Of a DNA stretch of 64,000 nt, positions 28,410 through 36,810 are shown one piece after another. The translations under genes and the position numbers were made by a program. Position 1 is the first letter of the stretch. Each line of letters starts with the position of its first letter. This DNA comes from an uncultured Candidatus Saccharibacteria bacterium. GTDB lineage: Bacteria; Patescibacteriota; Minisyncoccia; Phycocordibacterales; UBA9973. A model generated the notes under the pieces. It was not told the DNA's origin and did not search any database. It saw nothing but the letters and a program-made list of their open reading frames with translations. The stretch is from positions 54,856 through 118,855 of the forward strand of contig CAZIZK010000001.1 in NCBI GenBank assembly GCA_964544225.1, in the 5' to 3' direction.

Positions 28410-28829
28410 TTACTTTTGAGTAGGCCAAGAAACAATTTGTCCGTAGTAGTAATCTGCGATTTGTTCCATATCCTCATTAAATGCTTTTTCGTTGTCTACT
28501 ACTTCTCCTAATCCAAAAAATAGAGAGTCTGGTTCGTGATTGATAAAGAAGTCGCCTTGAACACTGTCACAACTTGGACAAACATTTGCCCAGTAAGTTT
28601 CATCGCTCATTGCAGTATGTCTTTGTTTAAGAGTTGCAGGAATTGGTGCTGGTGGCTCGCTAATTTCGCCCGCTAGTAGCGAATCAGTCCATTTAAAGAT
28701 AATGATCTCCTTACCGCATTTCCAGCAGTTATAAGGGGCGTATCTATACTGATACCTTTGGGGAAGCGTAGTATTGGTCTCAGAAGCTATCTTGGCAATT
28801 AACTTCTTAAATTCAGTAGTTTTGTCCAT
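28410..28829 (-). CDS. Zn-ribbon hypothetical protein
   Basis: CWKC...ANVCPSC; ATG 28829 follows a TATAAT. Confidence 0.65.
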   Translation of the reverse strand: MDKTTEFKKLIAKIASETNTTLPQRYQYRYAPYNCWKCGKEIIIFKWTDSLLAGEISEPPAPIPATLKQRHTAMSDETYWANVCPSCDSVQGDFFINHEPDSLFFGLGEVVDNEKAFNEDMEQIADYYYGQIVSWPTQK

Positions 28830-28867
28830 TTCTTTATTATAAAAAATACAAACCATTAAAACAATTA

Positions 28868-28882
28868 GCGACCCACAAAGCT
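28868..28882 (+). repeat. 15-bp direct repeat, right att-like core
   Basis: GCGACCCACAAAGCT identical to 7135-7149. Confidence 0.75.
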
Positions 28883-28958
28883 AAACTTCTACACCCAGAA
28901 CGTGCTAGAATATCCTTACAAGGGTTGAGCCTACGGGTACCATACCCGAGTACACCGC

Positions 28959-28994
28959 CAAAAAAAATAAAAACCTGAAAGGGTTTTATTTTTT
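28959..28994. terminator. Intrinsic terminator after a CCGCCA-ending segment
   Basis: AAAAAAATAAAAACC-TGAAA-GGGTTTTATTTTTT. Confidence 0.65.
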
Positions 28995-29111
28995 GCGGGC
29001 GAGAAAGAGAACTGCTTCTCTTTCTTGTGAGATTCGAAAGACTTTTCCTTACGAGCATAGCGAGGTGGAAAAGTACCAGCCGTAGTATCGGCGAATCTCA
29101 CCGCCTCCGCA
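28995..29111. repeat. Branched palindromic element ending in a tRNA-Ser-like 3' fragment
   Basis: GTGAGATTCG/CGAATCTCAC, AGAAAGAGA/TCTCTTTCT, ACTTTTCC/GGAAAAGT, GCCG/CGGC; ends CGAATCTCACCGCCTCCGCA. Confidence 0.6.
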
Positions 29112-29149
29112 AAATTCATATTTTATTAAAATAGTTATATAATATATTT

Positions 29150-30103
29150 ATGAAAAAGATATATTATGTTTTGGCATTATTATTAGCACTCCCAGCTACA
29201 GCCTTTGCCCATGTAAAATGGTTTGCAAAACCTATTGGGATAGAAGAGCCTTATAAACTCACTGATACGATAGTTATTGTATGGATTATTGTTTCAATCA
29301 TATTGATCACAATAGGGGTAGTGCTAGAAAAGAAATTAAAAATTCCAAAATGGTTCGGTTCCCATATTAATAATTGGAAGGCCGGAGCATTGTCTATCGC
29401 AAGTATTGGCTTTGGTTTATCATTTCTAATATTTTCACTAAAAGGATTTATATTTGCTCCGAACTTAGCACCGGTGGGCACTATTGGCATGTGGATGCTA
29501 CTTATCCAGGCAGTAGCTGGAGCTATGATATTACTAGGGTTTTATGAAAGGGTTGGTGGGTTCCTAATAATATTATTATTTATGTTGGGTGTAAAAGTCT
29601 ATGGAGGAATAGAAATGTTAGACACTATGGAGATGCTAGGCTTTGCCTTTTATGCAATCATTATCGGTAGGCCAAAATGGAAGATACGGGATTTAAATAT
29701 ATCTACTGACCGCCTAAAGCCTTATGGATTGCCAATACTTCGAATAGGAACAGGATTGAATCTTATCATACTTGGCTTTACCGAGAAGATACTGGCTACA
29801 CCTTTAACTAGCGACTTCCTAAGTCATTATAATTGGAATTTTATGCAGACTTTAGGATTCAGTAGCTTTACAAATCACTGGTTTGCATTCTCTGCGGGAA
29901 TGGTAGAGGTCCTGTTTGGAATATTCTTCCTACTTGGGCTTGTTACCAGGACAACTACGTTAGTTCTGGCAGTGTTCCTTATAAGCACACTCATACTTCT
30001 AGGACCACTAGAGTTAATAGGTCACCTACCCCACTTCTCTATCGCTATCGTATTATTAATACTAGGGTCTGGGTCTAAATTAATTCTAGTCAAAAATAAA
30101 TAA
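29150..30103 (+). CDS. DoxX-family multi-pass membrane protein
   Basis: AFAHVKWF, LRIGTG....GFTEK, EVLFG, ELIGHLP. Confidence 0.75.
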   Translation: MKKIYYVLALLLALPATAFAHVKWFAKPIGIEEPYKLTDTIVIVWIIVSIILITIGVVLEKKLKIPKWFGSHINNWKAGALSIASIGFGLSFLIFSLKGFIFAPNLAPVGTIGMWMLLIQAVAGAMILLGFYERVGGFLIILLFMLGVKVYGGIEMLDTMEMLGFAFYAIIIGRPKWKIRDLNISTDRLKPYGLPILRIGTGLNLIILGFTEKILATPLTSDFLSHYNWNFMQTLGFSSFTNHWFAFSAGMVEVLFGIFFLLGLVTRTTTLVLAVFLISTLILLGPLELIGHLPHFSIAIVLLILGSGSKLILVKNK

Positions 30104-30163
30104 ATTAATAAGCAAATAAAAAAGACTTCCGAAAGGAAGCCTTTTTAAAAAAATTAAATGTTT

Positions 30164-30613
30164 TCATGAACCTATTCCTAAGCCGTGCCCAGAAGTTGGT
30201 TTGATCAAGCAGAATTCAAATGTGGCTATATTCGAACTCACATAATCAAGATACTTTCTTGGGCAAACCACAAGATTTACAAAGTGTCCATTTTCACAAA
30301 TGATAATTTGTTTGACTTTGATTTCGTCATCGATCCAAGCATCTCTTTTGTATGATGGTCTGGTTTGACGAATAAAAAAATCTTTGAGAATTTTACCGAA
30401 ACTTTTTGTAGGAGTTATACATTCTGCTACAATGATAGTCCCTAAGGGTTTAGAATCTTGTATTTTTTTCTGAAGTACACTGTCATTGATAGTATTTTCA
30501 GATACAAAATTTAAGAAATTAAATTCTAAATTCTCAAATTTTTCTTTTAATAAATTTACAATCTTTTCAGCCATTTCTGGCAATTGTGAGCTGGACTCTA
30601 GTTTGCTTTCCAT
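30164..30613 (-). CDS. Hypothetical protein
   Basis: AT-rich ORF, no motif. Confidence 0.5.
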   Translation of the reverse strand: MESKLESSSQLPEMAEKIVNLLKEKFENLEFNFLNFVSENTINDSVLQKKIQDSKPLGTIIVAECITPTKSFGKILKDFFIRQTRPSYKRDAWIDDEIKVKQIIICENGHFVNLVVCPRKYLDYVSSNIATFEFCLIKPTSGHGLGIGS

Positions 30614-30700
30614 ATTAAATTCTTTTTTCTTTAATATATCAGAAAATTGGGTATTTTCAAAGCTGGGTTTTGTTACCTATTTTTGATATAATTGCCCTAT

Positions 30701-31450
30701 ATGGATACAGAAGACATAAAGAAAGAGAACGAGCATCTAAAGAGTATCAATGCTGTTAAAAGCGATTTGATATCTATATCATCTCATCAATTACGCACAT
30801 CACTATCTGCACTAAAGTGGATGATAAAAATGTTCCAAGACAAGGATCTAGGCCCCCTTTCCAACGAGCAAGGTGAGTTTCTGTCCAAGATGTCCGACAG
30901 TAACGAACGCATGATAAAGCTCGTAAACAATATGCTAACACTGAACCATGCCGAGGACACAGCATTGAAGTTCGACATACAAACAACTGATATAAAGGAA
31001 CTCTTGGATGAAACAATATTTGAATTCCTAGGTGAGTCACACAAGAAAAGTATCGAGCTTGTATACATAAACAAAGATAGCAAAGTTCCTGATATAAAGT
31101 GCGACAAGGAAATGGTGCGTGTTGTGTTACAGAACTTAGTAGAGAACGCTATTAAATATAGTGACCCAAATGACAAAGTATTTATCTCTACAAAGCTTGC
31201 AGATAATATGCTTGAGATCTCTGTCCACGACACAGGTATCGGTATCAATGAAATGGACAAGGGTCATATATTCGACAAATTCTATCGTGCAGACAATGCA
31301 AAGGATAAAGACTCGGTTGGTTCCGGGCTTGGCCTGTTTACAGCAAAGAAGATCATCGAATATCACCATGGGCGTATGTGGTTCGAGTCAGAGAAAGACA
31401 TGGGGACAACCTTCTTTATAGCATTGCCTACTAATACAAGCGTGGTATAA
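30701..31450 (+). CDS. Sensor-less histidine kinase (HisKA + HATPase)
   Basis: SHQLRT, NLVENAIKY, DTGIG, FDKFYR, GSGLGL. Confidence 0.9.
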   Translation: MDTEDIKKENEHLKSINAVKSDLISISSHQLRTSLSALKWMIKMFQDKDLGPLSNEQGEFLSKMSDSNERMIKLVNNMLTLNHAEDTALKFDIQTTDIKELLDETIFEFLGESHKKSIELVYINKDSKVPDIKCDKEMVRVVLQNLVENAIKYSDPNDKVFISTKLADNMLEISVHDTGIGINEMDKGHIFDKFYRADNAKDKDSVGSGLGLFTAKKIIEYHHGRMWFESEKDMGTTFFIALPTNTSVV

Positions 31451-31457
31451 TTGTCAT

Positions 31458-31826
31458 ATGAGCAAAATACTTGTAATTGAAGACGACACATTTCTACAGA
31501 CTTTGGAAGTTAGTAAGTTGAAGAAGGAGAATCACGAAATATATTCTGCTGCCTCTGGTGAAGACGCAATGAAGAAGATCAATACTCCGGGTATCGAGCT
31601 TGTATTACTAGATCTAGTACTTCCTAACTTTGACGGGTTCGAAATATTGAAAAAGATCCGCGAGACAGAAGCGATAAAGGCTATACCTGTTATTGTGTTC
31701 TCCAACTTATCAGAAGAGTCCGATGTAAAGAAAGCAAAAGAGTTAGGAGCAACCGACTTTATGGTCAAATCCAACTTTACTCTAGACGAATTGATGGAGC
31801 GTATCAGGCTCGTATTGAAGAAATAG
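31458..31826 (+). CDS. Single-domain response regulator
   Basis: VIEDD, LLDLVLP, DGFE, DFMVK. Confidence 0.92.
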   Translation: MSKILVIEDDTFLQTLEVSKLKKENHEIYSAASGEDAMKKINTPGIELVLLDLVLPNFDGFEILKKIRETEAIKAIPVIVFSNLSEESDVKKAKELGATDFMVKSNFTLDELMERIRLVLKK

Positions 31827-31891
31827 ATATATAATAAAATCCCCTCTTTTACAAAAGAGGGGATTTATTTATGTAGTGTTATAATACTTTT

Positions 31892-31990
31892 ATGCAAGAC
31901 AATACAGTAACAAGAAAGGAAAAGGCCCGGGCCATACTACTGTTAATATTACTTATTATAATAGGAGGGCTTGTAATGTATAGCAAATGA
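31892..31990 (+). CDS. 32-aa single-TM peptide coupled to recG (below ORF-track cutoff)
   Basis: MQDNTVTRKEKARAILLLILLIIIGGLVMYSK; TGTTATAAT 6 nt upstream; ATGA overlap with recG. Confidence 0.6.
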   Translation: MQDNTVTRKEKARAILLLILLIIIGGLVMYSK

Positions 31991-34158
31991 AACTAAACGA
32001 TAATATCGAAATACATTTTCGTATTGATATAAACCAAAAGAAAGCTTTGGCTCGTTTAGGTATCCATACTATACATGATCTACTATACTTCTTCCCTACT
32101 CGATACACCGACATATCACAGATACGCAGTATCAACACCCTTGCAGACGGCGATACAGCTACAATCATAGGTTCCATATCTAAACTTGAAACAAAGAAAA
32201 GCTTCAAGAGTAAAGTCGCAATGGGTAAAGCCACATTGTCTGACATGTCTGGTCATATCAATATTGTTTGGTTCCACCAACCATATCTGGCAAAAATGAT
32301 GAAAGATGGTCAGACAGTATCGGTAACAGGGCGTGTAACCATGCACAAGACTTATGGCCTAACACTCACCAACCCAGAGATATCCAAGACCGACATACTT
32401 CCAATAGATACTCACAATTCAATATTTGCAAAGGAAGATAATATAAAGAGCAACTTTGGCTACCCTGTTTATCCAGAGACAAAGGGTATAACAAGCAAGT
32501 GGATATATCATGCAATACAGAAGATATTGAAGGATGAGAGTATAAAGAATATTAATGAATATATCCCAGACAAAATAATAAACAAATACAAGTTACCACA
32601 TATATACACAGCCCTTGTGTGGATACATATGCCAAACAAAAAGGAACATGCCGATGTTGCCCGCAAGCGTTTTGCGTTCGAAGAAGTATTCCTAATACAA
32701 CTAGCCCGATGGCAGGAACGTAAGGCTTATGAAGAACTATTCTCTTACAAACTACAAGTACCCGAGAAGGATGTAGCAGACTTTGTATCCCATTTCCCTT
32801 TTACCCCGACCAATTCACAAACCAATGCACTAAACGCAATCCTTGAAGACATCAAAATGGATAAACCCATGTCACGCCTGGTAGAGGGTGATGTAGGTAG
32901 TGGCAAGACATTCGTAGCAGCAACTGTTGCCTATGCGGTTATAAAGAACAGGCCTGTGGGCCAGAATTTCGGCAACTTGCAAGTAGCCTATATGGCCCCG
33001 ACCGAAGTATTGGCGACACAACTGTTTGAAAGCTTTATCGAATACTTCAAACATACAGGCATATCTATAGGCCTGGTTACCGGCTCGGGGTGTCGCAAGT
33101 TCCCTACCAAAGTGGCCTCGGCCCAAACACCGTGGACCAATATATCAAAGAGTCAGTTACTCAAATGGGTGGAGAATGGTGAAATACCGATCCTGATAGG
33201 AACCCATGCATTGATATCAAAGAGTGTAAAGTTCGAGGATTTGGCCCTAGTGATTATCGACGAGCAACACCGCTTCGGTACTAATCAGCGCATGAAGCTC
33301 GCAAAGAAGGAAGGTCATGCCCCACACTACCTATCAATGACAGCCACCCCTATCCCCCGTACATTGGCACTGACTATATACGGTGACTTGGACTTGTCGA
33401 TCATAGATGAGATGCCAGCTGGAAGAAAAAAAGTGATCACTGAGATAATTACCGAAAATAAAAGGAATAATGCTTACGAAAATATAAAAAAAGAATTAAA
33501 AGAAGGCCGTCAAGCTTATGTTATATGCCCACGTATCGATGCCCCAGATGAAGACGAGGAAAATAAATTGAATGTAAAGTCAGTCACATCGGAAGCAACA
33601 CGTCTACAGAAAGATGTATTTCCTAATTACCGTATCGGCATTATGCACAGCAAGATGACCAAGCAAAAGAAGGAGGATATAATGCAGGAATTCAAAGATC
33701 ATGAAATAGATATATTGGTATCCACATCAGTTATAGAAGTGGGGGTCAATGTACCGAATGCAACTTCGATAATTATCGAGGGTGCAGAACGATTTGGCCT
33801 AGCCCAGCTACACCAGCTTCGTGGACGTGTGATACGTAGTAATCACCAATCATATTGTTACTTATTTGCCGACGCAAAGACTGAGAAGACTTTAGATAGG
33901 CTAAAGGCTATGACAAGTGCATCGAACGGCTTTGAACTTGCCGAGCTTGATCTAGCACAGCGTGGAGCCGGAATACTCTCTGGAGGCAAGCAATGGGGTA
34001 TCACCGATTTAGGGATGGAAGCTATAAAGAATATTAAATTGGTCGAGGCTGCCCGCACCGAAGCCCACCAACTTATCGATATCGACACTCACCTAGACTC
34101 GTACCCACACTTGCGCCAAACCCTAGCATCCAAAGAGTTCACTTTGCACTTTGAATAA
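31987..34158 (+). CDS. recG: ATP-dependent DNA helicase RecG
   Basis: GDVGSGKT, DEQHRFG, TATPIPRT, HQLRGRV. Confidence 0.96.
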   Translation: MKLNDNIEIHFRIDINQKKALARLGIHTIHDLLYFFPTRYTDISQIRSINTLADGDTATIIGSISKLETKKSFKSKVAMGKATLSDMSGHINIVWFHQPYLAKMMKDGQTVSVTGRVTMHKTYGLTLTNPEISKTDILPIDTHNSIFAKEDNIKSNFGYPVYPETKGITSKWIYHAIQKILKDESIKNINEYIPDKIINKYKLPHIYTALVWIHMPNKKEHADVARKRFAFEEVFLIQLARWQERKAYEELFSYKLQVPEKDVADFVSHFPFTPTNSQTNALNAILEDIKMDKPMSRLVEGDVGSGKTFVAATVAYAVIKNRPVGQNFGNLQVAYMAPTEVLATQLFESFIEYFKHTGISIGLVTGSGCRKFPTKVASAQTPWTNISKSQLLKWVENGEIPILIGTHALISKSVKFEDLALVIIDEQHRFGTNQRMKLAKKEGHAPHYLSMTATPIPRTLALTIYGDLDLSIIDEMPAGRKKVITEIITENKRNNAYENIKKELKEGRQAYVICPRIDAPDEDEENKLNVKSVTSEATRLQKDVFPNYRIGIMHSKMTKQKKEDIMQEFKDHEIDILVSTSVIEVGVNVPNATSIIIEGAERFGLAQLHQLRGRVIRSNHQSYCYLFADAKTEKTLDRLKAMTSASNGFELAELDLAQRGAGILSGGKQWGITDLGMEAIKNIKLVEAARTEAHQLIDIDTHLDSYPHLRQTLASKEFTLHFE

Positions 34159-35280
34159 TCAATGAATGTGAGAGTGGGCATGCTCTCCATTATTTTTAAA
34201 CTTTCTACCATGTAACATATATACAGATATAGCAGTAGTGATAGGCACAGCCAGGACAAGACCAATAGAACCGATGATTGCACGAATTATCTCAGATGCA
34301 AACATTTCTCTATTTATGAGTGTCACAAACGAACCTTGAGTGGGAAAAGCAAACAATACAAGTAGTGGTAAGGCTGCTCCGACATAAGCAATAGCTAAAG
34401 TATTGACCAAAGCCCCAATATGTTCACGGCCAATACGTAAAGATCTAGTAAAAACATATTTTTTAGAAAGTTTTCCATCTGCACGCCACAACTCTTCCAC
34501 AGATATAGCCTGCCCTATCGCGGAATCATATAAAACTCCCAACAAGCCAATAATTATACTTCCTAATAATAAACCTTGCAGGTCTATTGCTCCACGACTG
34601 TTAAGTGTTAGATATATAGCCTCTTCAGAATCAAGTCCAGACAAAGTGGTAACTTTGACTGCAATATATGATAATAATCCAGTAATAATTACCGTTGTGA
34701 CCATACCAACAACAGCGCTAGATGTTGTCCTATTAAAACCATGTGTTATATAAGAACCTACAATACTAATAAGTGACGCCACGACACAACTAATCAATAA
34801 AGGTGATGTTCCTTGTACAATCTGTGGCAATAATAAATAGAATATCAAAAACAAACCTCCGAGCAATGACAATAAACCTCGTATACCTTGTATACCTCCA
34901 AAGATAATAACAAGTACAATAAACAATAAAACAAAGAATATAATCCAAGGTATCCTGTTTACATCCGATACCGCGTATGTAATACGGCCATCATCACCAC
35001 GAGTTATTTTAAGTAGATAGAACCTCTGCCCTTCTTTTAGTTGTATATAATCATTATCAAATGAGACAACCTCATCTGTATTGTCACCACTTAATATTTT
35101 GGCTTTTACTTTTTGGTATTTTGTAACAGTATCAGTTCCTAGTACATCTTTCTGACCCAAATCCTCGACACTAATAACTTTGGCCTTCAATGATTCTTGT
35201 TTGTCTTGGATAACACTGTTAGCACAAGCGGTATTACTAAACAAACTAAATAAAAATAAAAATAATATAATCTTTTTCAT
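34159..35280 (-). CDS. YibE/F family membrane protein
   Basis: IGLLGVLYD, GREHIGALVNTL..AY.G; His-rich C-terminus. Confidence 0.85.
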   Translation of the reverse strand: MKKIILFLFLFSLFSNTACANSVIQDKQESLKAKVISVEDLGQKDVLGTDTVTKYQKVKAKILSGDNTDEVVSFDNDYIQLKEGQRFYLLKITRGDDGRITYAVSDVNRIPWIIFFVLLFIVLVIIFGGIQGIRGLLSLLGGLFLIFYLLLPQIVQGTSPLLISCVVASLISIVGSYITHGFNRTTSSAVVGMVTTVIITGLLSYIAVKVTTLSGLDSEEAIYLTLNSRGAIDLQGLLLGSIIIGLLGVLYDSAIGQAISVEELWRADGKLSKKYVFTRSLRIGREHIGALVNTLAIAYVGAALPLLVLFAFPTQGSFVTLINREMFASEIIRAIIGSIGLVLAVPITTAISVYMLHGRKFKNNGEHAHSHIH

Positions 35281-35281
35281 A

Positions 35282-35713
35282 TTATTTACTACATTCTTTA
35301 CATAAACCGAATAATTCAAAAGAGTGTGTTGTGACTGATTTAAAATCTTTTGTTTGTTGTAAAGCTTTTCTTATTAGATTGTCGGATCCACAACCTACAA
35401 AATCATTTATTTTTTTACACATGGTACACACTATATGATGGTGATCATGCTTCGCATCTACTATCTCAAAGTATGGAACAGAGTCCTGTAAGTCTATCTG
35501 CTTTACCAAGTTAGCATCCTTGAACATAGCCAATATACGGTACAATGTCACTTCGTGTGCACCAGAGAACTTGATCTTCTTCACAAGATCTTTGAGTGTC
35601 ACTGGTTTGGAACTATTAGATAATAATGCTAATAACTCTACCCTCTGGCTAGTTGCCTTTATATTAGCTTGGTTTAAAATATTTTTATATTTTTCTATTT
35701 CAGATGATTTCAT
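35282..35713 (-). CDS. Fur family regulator (Zur-like)
   Basis: TSQR, VTLYRIL, HHHIVCTMC, GLCKEC. Confidence 0.9.
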   Translation of the reverse strand: MKSSEIEKYKNILNQANIKATSQRVELLALLSNSSKPVTLKDLVKKIKFSGAHEVTLYRILAMFKDANLVKQIDLQDSVPYFEIVDAKHDHHHIVCTMCKKINDFVGCGSDNLIRKALQQTKDFKSVTTHSFELFGLCKECSK

Positions 35714-35760
35714 ATACTAACTATATATTACTGTACAATAATTACAATATAGCATGTGTA

Positions 35761-35793
35761 TAAACTACTTGCAAATTATTTGCAAGTAGTTTA
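35761..35793. promoter_or_regulatory. Fur/Zur-type operator between the divergent fur and ZIP genes
   Basis: 16-1-16 perfect palindrome TAAACTACTTGCAAAT-T-ATTTGCAAGTAGTTTA. Confidence 0.8.
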
Positions 35794-35829
35794 TATTAAA
35801 AATATATCCATATTAAACAAATAAATTTT

Positions 35830-36543
35830 ATGACAACAACATTATTAGCGTTATCGGGAGTTTCTATAATACCAATACTAATTACTCTAATGTTCCCTAA
35901 AAATAGAGCTTTCTTCGAGCGTAGTAGTGTTCGGGGGTTCGGATTGGGTGTATATCTTATATTGGTAGTTATCCTGTTGCGTGAAGCAATAGAACAGAGC
36001 GGTGTTTTAACTGGTAGTGGTTGGTTCTTTGCTGGCCTAGTTATAAGTTTATTAATAGGTGTCGTATTTAAAGAGTTCCATCATCATCACAATAGTGAAG
36101 AAAAAGTACATAGCCACAACAAAAGTAGTATGTGGAGAATATTGATATCTGATTTTTTCCACAATATTGTCGATGGTATAGCAATTATAGCCGGCTTTGC
36201 TGTGAACCCAAGTGTGGGGTTAGCCTCATTTTTAGGCATCTTGGGGCACCAAACAATACAACAAGCAGGCCAACAGATACTATTGGTTGAAAGTGGCACA
36301 AAAACCAATAAAGCAATATTTATATCTTTTCTTGTATCCCTCAGTATCTTTCTTGGATTTGTATTTCAACATAATGCAAGTCTCGAAGTAATATTTATGG
36401 CTTTATCTGCTGGTATAGTTGCATGGAAATTAATAGCCGATATTTCACACGCAAAATGGAACAAGAATATGGTATTAGGATTTGCTTTTGGTGCATTTAT
36501 ATTGGCACTTATATTGGTTGTTGTACCTCATGTCCATGAATAA
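35830..36543 (+). CDS. ZIP family metal transporter
   Basis: His-rich loop HHHH..HSH; DFFHNIVDGIAI. Confidence 0.8.
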   Translation: MTTTLLALSGVSIIPILITLMFPKNRAFFERSSVRGFGLGVYLILVVILLREAIEQSGVLTGSGWFFAGLVISLLIGVVFKEFHHHHNSEEKVHSHNKSSMWRILISDFFHNIVDGIAIIAGFAVNPSVGLASFLGILGHQTIQQAGQQILLVESGTKTNKAIFISFLVSLSIFLGFVFQHNASLEVIFMALSAGIVAWKLIADISHAKWNKNMVLGFAFGAFILALILVVVPHVHE

Positions 36544-36559
36544 ATAAAGCTTTAGCTTT

Positions 36560-36655
36560 TTGTCGTCACAGATAATTTCTCGCCGTCGCTCGAAATTTCC
36601 GCGACCCCGGCTCGCTATTTTTTCTACTAAAAAAATAAAGCTTCGCCTCGGACAA
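36560..36655 (-). repeat. Structured GC-rich element downstream of the tRNA
   Basis: Minus-strand stems TTGTC/GACAA, GTCGCGGA/TCTGTGAC, AATTTC/GAAATT, TATTTTTT/AAAAAATA. Confidence 0.5.
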
Positions 36656-36660
36656 GTATA

Positions 36661-36688
36661 GAAAAAAGTGGAGTCATCCACTTTTTTC
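36661..36688 (-). terminator. Terminator after tRNA-Ile
   Basis: GAAAAAAGTGGA-GTCA-TCCACTTTTTTC. Confidence 0.75.
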
Positions 36689-36694
36689 ATATTG

Positions 36695-36768
36695 TCCGCC
36701 TTCATGGATTCGAACCATGGACCCCAGAGGTATAAGCTCTGTGCTCTAACCAACTGAGCTAAAGGCGG
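36695..36768 (-). tRNA. tRNA-Ile, anticodon UAU (CCA not encoded)
   Basis: CCGCCTT/AAGGCGG acceptor; GCTC-AGTTGGTTA-GAGC D arm; CAGAG-CTTATAC-CTCTG anticodon arm; CATGG-TTCGAAT-CCATG T arm. Confidence 0.95.
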
Positions 36769-36810
36769 ATTGGTTTTTATATACTACCTGAAAATCGACT
36801 CACTTGCAAA

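Larger units (their letters stand above)
7135..28882. mobile_element. Integrative element 2 (~21.7 kb) with large serine recombinase
   Basis: Bounded by the 15-bp direct repeats; contains recombinase, methylases, terS-like gene and cargo; housekeeping genes resume to the right. Confidence 0.65.

Noticed and set aside
28883-28960. 6S RNA, RNase P RNA or intact tRNA
   Set aside because: Only fragmentary resemblance; no TTC T-loop or P4 helix; a better 6S candidate lies at 62317-62444
28837-29119. Track ORFs 28837-29058 and 28931-29119
   Set aside because: They span a terminator and palindromic element; no protein signal
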